Origin: Elusimicrobiota bacterium
GTDB taxonomy: Bacteria; Elusimicrobiota; Elusimicrobia; UBA1565; UBA9628
DNA: 54,473 bases
Direction: 5' to 3'
Assembly (NCBI GenBank): GCA_038059415.1
Contig: JBBTJN010000007.1
Coordinates: 1-54,473 of the forward strand
Shown: piece after piece, positions 1 through 11,481 of the stretch
Numbering within the stretch: the first letter of the stretch is position 1
Layout: each line of letters opens with the position of its first letter
Program-made: the position numbers and the translations under genes
Notes under the pieces: model-generated
The model's input: only the letters and a program-made list of their open reading frames with translations
What the model was told of the DNA's origin: nothing
Databases searched by the model: none

Positions 1-633
<633 letters not shown>

Positions 634-643
634 AGGAACCCCA

Positions 644-1392
<749 letters not shown>

Positions 1393-1396
<4 letters not shown>

Positions 1397-2565
1397 TCGC
1401 GCAAGCCCTCGCCGCCCAAAGGAAAGGCTGGCGGTTTACTCCCATCACGGCCCTCACGAATCCGGATTTCAAGCCCGCCGGCCTGCCCGAGCGCATCGAG
1501 CCGCTCGCCGGCCGCGTGCTGTGCCCCGTGGGTTTCCATCGCGCAGCGCTCGTCAACGGCCGCTGGGAGGCCAGGCACGCTATGCTCAAACTGCCCGCCG
1601 GCGTGAGCGTCGAGCCGCTCTCGGCAGCGTCCGGCGTCGGAGAATATTTGGACCGCCCGACGCCCTCGGACCTGCCGCTCGCGAAGGCCGCGTCCGCCGC
1701 GCGCGACGGCATCGTCGTTCGCGTCTCGCGCCATGTGCGCGTCGACCGGCCCATCCATCTCGTCCACGTCTCCGGGGCCTCGTCTCTCGCCGCATCCTCC
1801 CAGACGCGCGTGCTCGTGATGCTCGAGCCCGGCGCCTCGGCGGAGCTCGTCGAGGAGACCTTGTCTTTCGGGAACGCCCCGTCATGGAAGAACGTCCGCG
1901 CCCAGGTCGTCCTCGGCGAGGGCTCCTTTCTGCGGCACCACCGCATCGTCCGCGAAGGGTTGCAGGGGCGGTTGACCTTGGCGCTTGAGGTCGCGCTCGC
2001 CTCCCGCGCGCGCTACGAATCGCACGCTCTGAACTTCGGCGGTCTGTTCGCGCGCGAGGACCTGCGCGTGCGCATAGAGGGCGAGGGCGCGGAGTGCGTG
2101 CTCAACGGCCTGGCCCTGCTCGGCGGCTGCGAGTTCGCCGACCATCACACGGTCGTCGAGCATATCGCGGTTGGCGGGACCACCCGTCAACTTTATAAAG
2201 CGGTCATTGACGACAAGGCGCGGTTTGTCTTCGATGGACTGATCTCGGTCAAGCCCGGCGCGCAAAAAACGGACGCGCAGGTGTACAATAGGAACCTCTT
2301 GCTGTCCGAGGAGGCTCGCGTGAACACAAACCCCGAGTTCAAGATCCTCGCCGACGATGTTTCCTGCAAGCACGGCGGAGCGGTCGGGCAGCTCTCTCTT
2401 GAGGCGCTGTTCTATCTCCGCTCGCGAGGCATCGGCGCCGACGAGGCCCGCCGTCTGCTCGTCTACGCCTTCGGCTCGGAGATGGTCGACCGCATCGCGC
2501 TCGAGCCGCTGAAGCTGGCGCTCGCCGACGCGCTGCACGGGCGCATGCCCGAGGAGCATCTTTGA
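1393..2565 (+). CDS. sufD: Fe-S cluster assembly protein SufD
   Basis: GTG start overlaps the sufC stop. The C-terminal region (NTNPEFKILADDVSCKHGGAVGQL..LFYLRSRGI) is SufB/D-like, and the gene sits at the expected operon position. Confidence 0.85.
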
Positions 2566-2566
2566 T

Positions 2567-3817
2567 ATGACGGGTCTTGACGTGAAGAAGATTCGCGCGG
2601 ACTTCCCGATACTCTCTCGCCTCGTGCGCGGCAAGCCGTTAGCCTTCCTCGATAATGCGGCGACCACGCAGAAGCCGCGATCCATGATCGCGGCCCTCGT
2701 CAATTTTTACGAAAACAACAACGCGAACGTGCATCGTGGCGTCCACACGCTGTCGGAAGAATCCACCAATATGGCCGAGGCGACGCGGGCCAAGCTTGCC
2801 GTGTTCGTCGCAGCGCCCAAGCCCGAGACCTTGATCTTTACCCGCAACGCGACGGAGTCGCTCAATGTGATCGCTCACGCCTGGGCCCGAAAGTTCCTGA
2901 AGGCCGGTGACATCGTGCTATCCACCGAGATGGAGCATCACTCGAACATCGTGCCGTGGCAGTTGCTCGCGGCCGAGCGCGGCATCACACTCAAGTTCGT
3001 ACCGGTCGAACCTGACGGCACGTTCGACCTAGTCAAGGTCAAGGCGCTGCTCGCCGAAGGCCCCAAGCTGTTCACCTTCACCGCCATTTCCAACGCGATC
3101 GGGACGGTCAATCCGGTGCTTGAGCTGATCAAACTCGGCAAAGCGGCCGGCGCGGTCGTGTCGGTGGATGCGTGTCAGTGGGCGCCTCACCGCGCGATCG
3201 ATCTCAAGGCTTGGGGCGCGGACTTCGTCTCCTTCTCCGCCCACAAGATGCTGGGCCCGACCGGCATCGGCGTGCTCTGGGGCCGAGAGGAGCTGCTCGA
3301 GGCGATGGACCCGTTCCTCGGCGGCGGCGATATGATCTCCCGCGTCACTCTCGAGAAGTCCACATGGAACGCACTCCCGTACAAATTCGAGGCGGGCACG
3401 CCGAACTTCGCCGACCAAGTCGCCTTCGGCCCCGCGCTCGACTATCTGACGGCCGTGGGCCTCGGCAACATCTCCGCGCACGAGCACGCGTTGGCGGGCA
3501 AGACGCGCGAGATTCTTGAGGCCGAGGGCGTGACCGTGCTCGGACCCAAGGATGCGGCCGGACGTTCGAGCGTGGTTTCGTTCAATGTTCCGGGGGTGCA
3601 TCCGCATGATGTCGGCACGGCCTTCGACTTGGAAGGAGTGGCGGTGCGCGTCGGCCATCATTGCTGTCAGCCCTTGATGCGCAAGCTCCAGTGCGGCGGA
3701 ACCGCGCGGGCGAGCTTTTATTTATATAACGACGAGGCGGATGTGGAGGCGTTTGAGCGCGCGCTCAAGCGCACGCTGAAATTCTTCAAGGTCAAGACGA
3801 AGGAGGGGGTGCGGTGA
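2567..3817 (+). CDS. sufS: Cysteine desulfurase SufS (class V aminotransferase)
   Basis: PLP-lysine context SAHKMLGPTGIG and active-site Cys context RVGHHCCQP. Confidence 0.92.
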   Translation: MTGLDVKKIRADFPILSRLVRGKPLAFLDNAATTQKPRSMIAALVNFYENNNANVHRGVHTLSEESTNMAEATRAKLAVFVAAPKPETLIFTRNATESLNVIAHAWARKFLKAGDIVLSTEMEHHSNIVPWQLLAAERGITLKFVPVEPDGTFDLVKVKALLAEGPKLFTFTAISNAIGTVNPVLELIKLGKAAGAVVSVDACQWAPHRAIDLKAWGADFVSFSAHKMLGPTGIGVLWGREELLEAMDPFLGGGDMISRVTLEKSTWNALPYKFEAGTPNFADQVAFGPALDYLTAVGLGNISAHEHALAGKTREILEAEGVTVLGPKDAAGRSSVVSFNVPGVHPHDVGTAFDLEGVAVRVGHHCCQPLMRKLQCGGTARASFYLYNDEADVEAFERALKRTLKFFKVKTKEGVR

Positions 3818-4266
3818 GGGAAGGCGATGCGGAGCTCCAGGATCTCTATCGGGAGGTTCTTCTTGATTATTCCCTATCCACGACCCGCAAGGGCAAGTGC
3901 GACCCGGCGGACCTTCGCGCCCACGGCATCAACCCCGTATGCGGAGACGAGCTCGAGATCACGGCGAAAATCAAGGGCGGCAAGGTCAACAAGCTACGCT
4001 ATGTGGGCCACGGGTGCGTGATCAGCCAGGCCTCCGCGGCGATGATGGCCGAGGCGCTTGAAGGCACCGACATTGCGAAAGCCAAGGAGCTCGCGGTCGC
4101 GTTTAAGGAGCTGATGCTCGATATGGACGCGCCGGCGTTGGCCCTGCCGCCGGAGCTTGAGCAGCTCGCGAGCTTGGAAGGCGTGCGCAAGTTTCCGCTG
4201 CGCGTGAAGTGCGCGACCTTGGGTTGGAACACCGTGCTACAGGGTTTGGAGGCGGTCAAATCATGA
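3814..4266 (+). CDS. sufU: SUF-type NifU/IscU-family scaffold protein SufU
   Basis: Three conserved Cys contexts (NPVCGDE, GHGCVISQAS, VKCATLGW). The start overlaps the sufS stop. Confidence 0.88.
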   Translation: MREGDAELQDLYREVLLDYSLSTTRKGKCDPADLRAHGINPVCGDELEITAKIKGGKVNKLRYVGHGCVISQASAAMMAEALEGTDIAKAKELAVAFKELMLDMDAPALALPPELEQLASLEGVRKFPLRVKCATLGWNTVLQGLEAVKS

Positions 4267-4604
4267 GCGCCGAAGTCGCGGACGAGAAGGAGGCGACCTT
4301 CAAACAGGTCGGCGAGGCGCTTAAGCTCGTCATCGACCCGGAGATTCACATCAACATCGTTGATCTCGGACTCGTTTACGGCGTCGAGTTCGGCGAGTCG
4401 CCGAAGGGCAGAAAGGTCCTGGTGCGCATGAGCCTGACCTCGCCCGCCTGCCCGTACGGGCCGATGCTGCTCGCCTGCGCGCACACCGCCCTGACGAAAC
4501 TTCCCGGCATCAGGGACGTCGATGTGGATCTCACGTTCATGCCGAGTTGGGATCCGCGCACGATGGCCACCGAGGATGCGAAGGAGCAGTTGGGGCTTTA
4601 CTGA
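4263..4604 (+). CDS. DUF59/MIP18-family Fe-S assembly protein (SufT-like)
   Basis: LKLVIDPEIHINIVDLGLVY..MSLTSPACPYGP is the typical DUF59 core. The ATG overlaps the sufU stop. Confidence 0.8.
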   Translation: MSAEVADEKEATFKQVGEALKLVIDPEIHINIVDLGLVYGVEFGESPKGRKVLVRMSLTSPACPYGPMLLACAHTALTKLPGIRDVDVDLTFMPSWDPRTMATEDAKEQLGLY

Positions 4605-4611
4605 GGACACG

Positions 4612-5079
4612 ATGAGAATTACGAGTTCGATCGAATACGCGACCCGCCTGATGGTGGCGCTGGCCTTGGAGCACGGCAAGGCGCCGGTTCCGGCCGAGCG
4701 CCTGGCTGAGTCCGACAACGTCCCCGCAGACTATGTGAGCCAAATTTTGGTAAAACTCCGCCGTGCCGGGCTCGTGACGAGCCATCGCGGCAGCGCTGGA
4801 GGATATTCCCTTTCGCGCAAGCCGGAGGAGATCACGATTGAGCAGGTGGTGCGCGCCGTGGATGGAGCGGTTTTTGAGGAAGTGTGTGAGCGCTACGAGA
4901 CGGGCACGAAGGATTGCCGCCATCATGGGCAGTGCGCGATCTCGCCTGTGTGGACGAGACTCGGCGTAATCGTGACGCGTTACTTCGAAGGTGTGACCTT
5001 GGCCTCTATTCTCGAGCAGAAGGCGGGCGCGTGCGGCGCGGCTCCGGCATGGCTCGGGAAGCCGGCGCTGGGCAAATAG
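4612..5079 (+). CDS. Rrf2-family transcriptional regulator
   Basis: N-terminal MRITSSIEYATRLMVALA plus a wHTH (YVSQILVKLRRAGLVTSHRGSAGGY), with Cys residues in the C-terminal half. Confidence 0.88.
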   Translation: MRITSSIEYATRLMVALALEHGKAPVPAERLAESDNVPADYVSQILVKLRRAGLVTSHRGSAGGYSLSRKPEEITIEQVVRAVDGAVFEEVCERYETGTKDCRHHGQCAISPVWTRLGVIVTRYFEGVTLASILEQKAGACGAAPAWLGKPALGK

Positions 5080-5114
5080 GACGCCGCGCGAAAGCGCGGG
5101 GGAGGAGCATATTT

Positions 5115-5345
5115 ATGACGATCCACGAACGCGTCGAGAAGGTGTTGGAGAAGATCCGGCCCTACATCCAATCCGACGGCGGCGACATCACCTTGATCTC
5201 GGTCGACGAGATCGCGGGCGTCGTTAAGGTGCGCCTCTCTGGAGCCTGCGGCTCGTGCCCGAGCTCGACGGCGACCCTGAAGGGCGGCGTCGAGCGCATG
5301 GTCCGGCAGGAAATCCCCGAGATCAAGGAAGTCGTCTCGGTCTGA
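5115..5345 (+). CDS. NifU C-terminal domain (Nfu-like) Fe-S carrier protein
   Basis: IRPYIQSDGGDI..LSGACGSCPSS CxxC motif. GGAGGAG RBS lies 7 nt upstream. Confidence 0.85.
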   Translation: MTIHERVEKVLEKIRPYIQSDGGDITLISVDEIAGVVKVRLSGACGSCPSSTATLKGGVERMVRQEIPEIKEVVSV

Positions 5346-5347
5346 CG

Positions 5348-6175
5348 TTGCCCAAGCGCGTCGAACTGCATTGCCACTCGATCTTTTCCGATGGGACATT
5401 GACTCCGGCGGAGCTCGTGTCGCGCGCCATCAAGAATGGAGTCGAACTCCTCACCCTGACCGACCACGACAGCATCTCCGGCGGGCCCGATCTATCGAGC
5501 GCCGCGAAAGCGGCGGGTCTTGATGTTCGCCTCGGCATCGAGATCAACTGCGCGGGCGAGGGCGCGGCCGATCGAGTTCACATTCTGGGCTACGGCTTCA
5601 ACCCCGTTTCTCCCGGCTTCGCTGAGCGCCTCTGCGAGTTTCGCGAGCGCCGCACCGTGCGTTCGAAGCTCATTGTCGAGAATCTGCGCGCCCTCGGCAT
5701 CGACATCGAGTTTGAGCACGTCCGGTCCGGCGCCCACGAGACTTTGGGCCGACCGCACGTCGCCGACGCGTTGCGTCGCCTCGGCATCGTCAAAAGCCGC
5801 AAGGAGGCCTTCGACCGATTTCTCATCAAGGGCAAGCCCGGCTATGTTGAGTCCATGGGGCCGAGTCCGGCGGAGGCGATCGCCCTGATCCGCGACGCCG
5901 ACGGCACCGCCTGCCTCGCGCATCCGCAGACCGCGGGCAAGGAAAATGAGCTCGATGCATTGTATCGTTTGGGTATTCAGGGAATTGAGGTTCTCTATTC
6001 GGGCCACACGCCGTCGCAGGTCCGGACTTATGGCGACTGGGCCTCAGCCAAGGGGCTCCTGGCCGTGGGCGGCTCGGACTTTCACGGTCCGAACACGGGC
6101 CGGGAAGAGCGTCTCGGAATTGAGTACGATGACGCCGGGTATGCCGCCGTCATGAAATGTATAGAGACATGTTAG
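5348..6175 (+). CDS. PHP-domain metal-dependent phosphoesterase
   Basis: VELHCHSIFSDG, LTDHDS and GGSDFHG motifs. The start is uncertain; I chose the TTG at 5348 just after the Nfu stop. Confidence 0.7.
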   Translation: MPKRVELHCHSIFSDGTLTPAELVSRAIKNGVELLTLTDHDSISGGPDLSSAAKAAGLDVRLGIEINCAGEGAADRVHILGYGFNPVSPGFAERLCEFRERRTVRSKLIVENLRALGIDIEFEHVRSGAHETLGRPHVADALRRLGIVKSRKEAFDRFLIKGKPGYVESMGPSPAEAIALIRDADGTACLAHPQTAGKENELDALYRLGIQGIEVLYSGHTPSQVRTYGDWASAKGLLAVGGSDFHGPNTGREERLGIEYDDAGYAAVMKCIETC

Positions 6176-6879
6176 TCATCGCCCACCGCGGCGCCAGCGG
6201 CCACGCGCCCGAAAACACGATGGCGGCCTTTCTCCGCGCGCTCACGATGGGCGCGCCTGCCATCGAGCTCGACGTACACCAGACTCTCGACCACGAGCTG
6301 GTTGTCGCGCACGACGACGACCTCAAGCGCTGCGGACGCGACAAGCGCCGCATCAAGAACGTCCATTGGGACGACATCTCCGGACTTGATGTCGGCGCCT
6401 GGTTCGACAAGGGCTTCGCCGGCGAGCGGCTCCCGCGCCTTGCGGACGTCTTCGACATTCTTCCGCGCACCGTTGAACTTCATGTCGAGATCAAGCGCGG
6501 TTCCTCCGTCTACCCCGGAATCGAGGAGCGTGTCGTGGATATGATCCATAAGCGCGGCGCCTTGGCCCGCACGGTCGTGTCGAGCTTCGATCATGCGGCC
6601 CTGTATTCGGTGCGTTCACTCGATGAGAAGGTGCGCATCGGCTACCTGCTGGGCCTCACGACCTTGCAGACGGCCTTTCGGGAGATGAGTGACATCGCCG
6701 CCGAGAGCCTCAACCTCAGCGTCCGGCAGACGCTCGCGCGCACGATCAAGGCGGCCCATAGTCGCGGTCTTAAGATCCTCGTCTACACGGTCAACACCCC
6801 CGTCGAGCGCGACAGCCTCAACAGGCTCGGCGTGGACGGCATCTTCTGCAACTACCCCGAGCTCAACCTGTGGGGTTAA
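6169..6879 (+). CDS. Glycerophosphodiester phosphodiesterase
   Basis: VIAHRGASGHAPENT, IELDVH and VEIK motifs. An alternative ATG lies at 6157. Confidence 0.85.
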   Translation: MLVIAHRGASGHAPENTMAAFLRALTMGAPAIELDVHQTLDHELVVAHDDDLKRCGRDKRRIKNVHWDDISGLDVGAWFDKGFAGERLPRLADVFDILPRTVELHVEIKRGSSVYPGIEERVVDMIHKRGALARTVVSSFDHAALYSVRSLDEKVRIGYLLGLTTLQTAFREMSDIAAESLNLSVRQTLARTIKAAHSRGLKILVYTVNTPVERDSLNRLGVDGIFCNYPELNLWG

Positions 6880-7928
6880 ACACGGCCTGCGTCGAACCTT
6901 CTTCAGACGAGATCGAGGTTGAGTCAGCCCGCCTTGCCGACAAAGGCCTGGCTGCCCTCGGCTATCAAGACGACGAACTCTCGCGCGCCGCGCGCCTGAC
7001 CTGGAAGATCAATCGGGTCAAGGAAGCGAAAAACGCGGTCATACCGGCCCACGTCTATCAGCGCCCGGAGATCCTGCTAGGAGTCGCCGACTTCGTCGGC
7101 GATTCCTATAAGCTCGCCAAACTCGGCGCCGCCTCGGATGCGAAGCGCATTATTTTCTGTGGCGTGCGCTTCATGGCCGAGACCGCGAAGATCCTGAGCC
7201 TGGATAAGGAAGTTTTTCTGCCGGCGCCGGAGGCCGGCTGTTCGTTGTCGGAATCCATCACGGCGGCCGACGTGCGCGCGCTCAAGAAAAAATATCCGGG
7301 AGCGCCGGTCGCGGTGTACATCAATACGACTGCCGCGGTGAAGGCCGAGTGCGACGTCGTCGTGACTTCGGCCAATGCGCCCAAAATACTGCGGAAACTT
7401 TTCGCGAAGCACTCGCAGGTGATATTCGCGCCTGACGCGATGATGGGCGGGAACCTCGCCAAGGATCTCGACAAGAAGCTCGGAGAAGAACTCATCGTTT
7501 GGAACGGAACGTGTCTTGTGCACGACAATTTCGACGCGGCGTCGGTCGAGTTCTACCGCAAGATGTATCCGGGCGTGAAGATCCTCGCGCACTTCGAGTG
7601 CGCTCCGGCTCTGACCTCCGTCGTCGACTATATCGGCGGCACGGGCGACATGATGAAGTGGGTGGACGACCACAAAGCTTCCTCTTACATGCTGATCACC
7701 GAATGCGGCCTCGGCGACCTCGCGCGCACGAGGTTCCCGAACAAGATATTCGTGCCGATGTGCCGCCTGTGCCCGTATATGAAGGCAGTCACCCTCGAGC
7801 GCGTGCTGTGCGCACTGGAGCGCCCGACGGCGTCCCAACGTATCGAGGTGCCCGCGGCTCTCGCCGCCCGCGCCTTGCGCCCGATCGAGCGCATGTTCGA
7901 GATGTCGGAAGATAAGGCCGCGGCGTGA
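6870..7928 (+). CDS. nadA: Quinolinate synthase NadA
   Basis: IPAHVYQRPE, FCGVRFMAETAKIL, VYINTTAAVKA and ITECGL are typical NadA blocks. The GTG start is uncertain. Confidence 0.85.
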   Translation: MGLNTACVEPSSDEIEVESARLADKGLAALGYQDDELSRAARLTWKINRVKEAKNAVIPAHVYQRPEILLGVADFVGDSYKLAKLGAASDAKRIIFCGVRFMAETAKILSLDKEVFLPAPEAGCSLSESITAADVRALKKKYPGAPVAVYINTTAAVKAECDVVVTSANAPKILRKLFAKHSQVIFAPDAMMGGNLAKDLDKKLGEELIVWNGTCLVHDNFDAASVEFYRKMYPGVKILAHFECAPALTSVVDYIGGTGDMMKWVDDHKASSYMLITECGLGDLARTRFPNKIFVPMCRLCPYMKAVTLERVLCALERPTASQRIEVPAALAARALRPIERMFEMSEDKAAA

Positions 7929-9496
7929 GCCTCTGGATTTCCTGGACGGCCGCGGCGTTCGCCCGCGCGAAGGCGCAGGGCAAGCCGATCCTGGCCGCGG
8001 TCGGCCCCCTGCCGCCCGAGCATCTGAAGGCGGACGAAGGCGAGATCGCGCGCCACTTCGTAGCCGTGCTGGCCGATCCGGAGACGCGGCCCGATGCCGC
8101 CATGCGCATAGGGCTCGATCACGCGGTGGTCCTCGATCTAGACGGGGCGCGCAGGGCTGTCCTGCCGCTCCCGTCGCCCGCGCTGGGTGAGTCTCTCGCC
8201 CGTCTGGCTCTCGAGGCGGTCGCCCCTCTGCGCCCGGATGCTCCGGCCATTTCCGTCTGGACCGGCGCAGTGCGCGAGACGGAGCTCTCTGCGGCTCCCG
8301 ACGAGACGATGATCTCCTCCATTTTCTCCGCGTTCAGCGCCCTGCCCGACGCGCAGACCGATCCCGTTCTCGTTGAGAGCCTGCTCCACGTCGCGGGCGA
8401 GCGCGGCGACGCCGCGGCGCGAGCCGCCCTGATGAAGGCGCTCGAGGTCCGTTGGTCCGGCTGGGACCCGGCTCGCCGCTCTTTCCTCCCCGGCTCCGGC
8501 TCGCCGCTCATGACGCACGCCCGCTGGGCGTCCTTGTTCTGGGACGCGCACGCGCTGACGGGCGAGGCGAGGTGGCGCGCCGCCGCCGCGGACATCAGCG
8601 AGCATCTGCTCCGCAGTCTATGGGATTCAGGCGCCGGGGCCTTTCGCCGCGCCGGCAGGACGGAGTCCGCCGTCTATCCCGCATACGGCAACGCCCTGGC
8701 GGCGTCGGCGCTCCTGCGCGCGCACGCTTACGGGCATCCGGGCGCGGGCGAGGCGGCGTTGAAGACCTTGACCTTCCTCCAGAGCCGTCTGTACGATCCT
8801 GCCTCGGGTCTCCGGCACTCGGTCGGCGGAGAGGGGGAATCCGTCGGCGGCCTCCTTGGCGACGCGGCGGCGACGGCGCTCGCCTTCACCGACGGTTTCC
8901 TCGCGACCGGCATGAAGGCGCACCGCGAGTTTGCAGACGTGATTCTGCGCTTCCTCTTCCGAGAACTGTGGGAGCGCGAGTCAGGTGGATTTCTCGACCG
9001 CGTCGCTCGCGCCGGCGATCCGGCGATCCTGCGCGAGCCGCATGTGGATCCGACGCTGAACGCCGTCGCCCTTGAGGTTTGCCGCCGCATGTACCATCTC
9101 AAGGGAAACCATAACTATCGGCGCTGGCTCGATTGGGGTTTGCGCAGCGCGTGGAACTTAGAGATGCGCGATTCTCCCGCCTCCCGCGGCCGCGCCGGTT
9201 TGGCCCGCGTCGCCGACCTTCACGCGCGCGGGCGCATGGACTTTGAACTTGTCGGTCGCCCTGGCGAGCCGAAGGCCGACGCGCTGCTCGCCGCCGTGAA
9301 CCGGCCGTACCTGCCGCGCAAGGTGATCTCCTTCGTCGATCCCGACGATCAGGACTATCTTCTCGCGCACCGCTTCCAGGCCGAGACCTACCCGCGCGTG
9401 TTCGGCTGCGGTGCGGACCTGCGCCGGTTGGCTGATGCGTCCGAGCCCGCGGGCGTGCCCGCCGTGGTCGAGGCCGTCAAGGGAGAAGAAAAGTGA
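7925..9496 (+). CDS. YyaL/DUF255-like protein with an (alpha/alpha)6-type body and a degenerate thioredoxin-like N-terminus
   Basis: N-terminal W..AFARAKAQGKPIL resembles DUF255, but the CxxC cysteines are absent. The rest is a long Ala/Leu-rich helical repeat body. Confidence 0.45.
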   Translation: MSLWISWTAAAFARAKAQGKPILAAVGPLPPEHLKADEGEIARHFVAVLADPETRPDAAMRIGLDHAVVLDLDGARRAVLPLPSPALGESLARLALEAVAPLRPDAPAISVWTGAVRETELSAAPDETMISSIFSAFSALPDAQTDPVLVESLLHVAGERGDAAARAALMKALEVRWSGWDPARRSFLPGSGSPLMTHARWASLFWDAHALTGEARWRAAAADISEHLLRSLWDSGAGAFRRAGRTESAVYPAYGNALAASALLRAHAYGHPGAGEAALKTLTFLQSRLYDPASGLRHSVGGEGESVGGLLGDAAATALAFTDGFLATGMKAHREFADVILRFLFRELWERESGGFLDRVARAGDPAILREPHVDPTLNAVALEVCRRMYHLKGNHNYRRWLDWGLRSAWNLEMRDSPASRGRAGLARVADLHARGRMDFELVGRPGEPKADALLAAVNRPYLPRKVISFVDPDDQDYLLAHRFQAETYPRVFGCGADLRRLADASEPAGVPAVVEAVKGEEK

Positions 9497-10674
9497 GCGG
9501 CGTGAAGCATTTTGCCGAAGGTTTCTCGGAGGATAAGGACTGGAGAGCGGCCGCCGTCGCCGCCGCGAAGGCGGCGCGCATGCGCCTTGGTCCCGGGCCC
9601 TGCGATTTGGCGCTCGTGTTCGTCGCGGAGGCGTTTAAGGACTTCGATCCCGCCGAATTCTCGACGCTCCTCGCCAAGAGTCTCTCATCCTTGCGCGTGC
9701 TCGGCTGCAACGCGAGCGGCGTCATCGCCGGCCGCAGGGAGATTGAGATGACGCCCGGAATCTCGATTCTGGCCATGCGCCTGCCCGGCGTGCGCGTCCA
9801 GCCCTTCGCCTTCACCCAGGAGGAGCTCGGCAAGTTCGAGAACGGGGCCGCGCTCGTCAAGGAGCTCGACCTTTATCCGAACGAGAATCCGAAGTTCATG
9901 ATCCTGAGCGACATGCCAAGCGGCAATACCGAACGCATGGCCGCGCTGTTCAACGAAGGCTACCCCGGCGCGCCGCTCGTAGGCGGCGTGGTCAGCGGCC
10001 CGCTCCTGCATAAGCCCGCCTGGCTGCTGCTCGGCTCGAAAGTTCTCAAACAAGGTCTCGCGGGCGTGGCGCTCGTCGGTCCCGTCGAGATCCAGACCGT
10101 CGTGGCGCAGGGCTGTCGCCCGATCGGCGATCCCCTGACCGTGACCAGGGCCGAGGGCAGCGTCCTGCACGAGCTTGGCGGGCGCAACCCGCTGGAGGTC
10201 CTGCGCGAGACGCTCTCGAAGTGCACGCCCGTCGACCAGAGTCTCGCGCGCGGCTCCCTGTTCGCGGGCCTTGTCTTAAACGAGGGTCAAACCGAGTTCC
10301 GCCGCGGCGACTTCCTCATTCGCAACGTCCTTGGCTACGACGACAAGTCGGGCTCGCTTGTGCTCGGTGCGAACCTCCGCCGAGGCCAAACCTTGCAGTT
10401 CCAGCTGCGTGATGCGCACACCTCCGACTTGGACTTCTCGATGCTGCTGGGTGCCCTGCCCGAGATGGACTCCGCGCCTCGCGGAGCTCTTCTCTTTTCC
10501 TGCTGCGGGCGCGGCAAGGGCCTGTACGGCGAGTCGGATCACGATGCGACCTTGGTGCAGAGCCTGCGCGGCCCGGTACCGATGGCCGGCTTCTTCGCCA
10601 ACGGCGAGTTCGGCCCCGTCGGCGGCCGCAACTTCGTCCACGGCTACGCCTCAAGCTTTGCGCTGATCAAGTAG
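9493..10674 (+). CDS. FIST-domain sensory protein
   Basis: C-terminal LLFSCCGRGKGLYG..GFFANGEFGPVGG.NFVHGYASSFALI is the FIST_C signature. Confidence 0.75.
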   Translation: MSGVKHFAEGFSEDKDWRAAAVAAAKAARMRLGPGPCDLALVFVAEAFKDFDPAEFSTLLAKSLSSLRVLGCNASGVIAGRREIEMTPGISILAMRLPGVRVQPFAFTQEELGKFENGAALVKELDLYPNENPKFMILSDMPSGNTERMAALFNEGYPGAPLVGGVVSGPLLHKPAWLLLGSKVLKQGLAGVALVGPVEIQTVVAQGCRPIGDPLTVTRAEGSVLHELGGRNPLEVLRETLSKCTPVDQSLARGSLFAGLVLNEGQTEFRRGDFLIRNVLGYDDKSGSLVLGANLRRGQTLQFQLRDAHTSDLDFSMLLGALPEMDSAPRGALLFSCCGRGKGLYGESDHDATLVQSLRGPVPMAGFFANGEFGPVGGRNFVHGYASSFALIK

Positions 10675-11388
10675 ATCTGCGCAGAGGAGCTCCTGCGTCT
10701 CAGAAGTAGGCCAGACGACGCGCGACTCGATGTCGGCCTCGAAGGCATACGGGAGAGCATTCTCGGGGGGCTGGAACGTCACGCGGTAGCCGTGCGTGCT
10801 GGTTCGCTCGACGCTCCAGGACGGACGGCCGCCCGGAAGCTCGAGTTCGCCGCCCAGCCTCTCGCCCAGGGACTTCTTGTCGTCGGGGAGCTTCCACTCA
10901 TGCACGAGCAGCAAGGCTTCCAGCGAGCGGTCGTCGTCGATGACGGCGGACGCGCCCTTCGCGGAGGGCCGGGTGTTTGCGACGACGGCGGGCGAGGGGC
11001 GGGCCAAGGCGATGAGATTGAGCGCGGCATCCGCCGGGGGGCGGCGCGCGGCGCCGAGCTCGAGGACGACGGCGCAGGCGACGATCGCCGCGTACGGCGC
11101 GAACGACTGCAGGCTCACGGTCCGCGGGGGGGCCTCCTTCCTGGGGGCCGGGACCGGCGGCTGCGCTGGTAAGACGGTCGCGATGGAGGGCGTGGTCGTC
11201 TCTAATTGAGTGTTCAAGGAGGCCTTGAGCATCGCGACCTGCACGCGGAGGCGGGCGAGGGCTTCTTCGCGTTCGGTGAGCCGGGTCTTGGCGGCTTGCG
11301 CGGCCTCGCGCAGGCCCTCGGCGCGCTCGCGCATGATCTCGGTGTGGAGTCGCGCGCTGATCTCGGGGGATCGTTCGATGTCAATCAT
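10651..11388 (-). CDS. Hypothetical protein with a coiled-coil N-terminus and one hydrophobic segment
   Basis: This is the internal ATG (MIDIERSPEISARLH) of the 667-aa ORF. The upstream part of that ORF is antisense to the M2 peptidase gene and is rejected. Confidence 0.45.
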   Translation of the reverse strand: MIDIERSPEISARLHTEIMRERAEGLREAAQAAKTRLTEREEALARLRVQVAMLKASLNTQLETTTPSIATVLPAQPPVPAPRKEAPPRTVSLQSFAPYAAIVACAVVLELGAARRPPADAALNLIALARPSPAVVANTRPSAKGASAVIDDDRSLEALLLVHEWKLPDDKKSLGERLGGELELPGGRPSWSVERTSTHGYRVTFQPPENALPYAFEADIESRVVWPTSETQELLCADLLDQRKA

Positions 11389-11481
11389 GTCGGCAGCCTC
11401 AGGGTAGCCGCCCGTCGTTAAAGAGTTATTACGACCGTGCCATATGTCAATTTTGCGCCTCAGGATTGGTATCCTAGACGC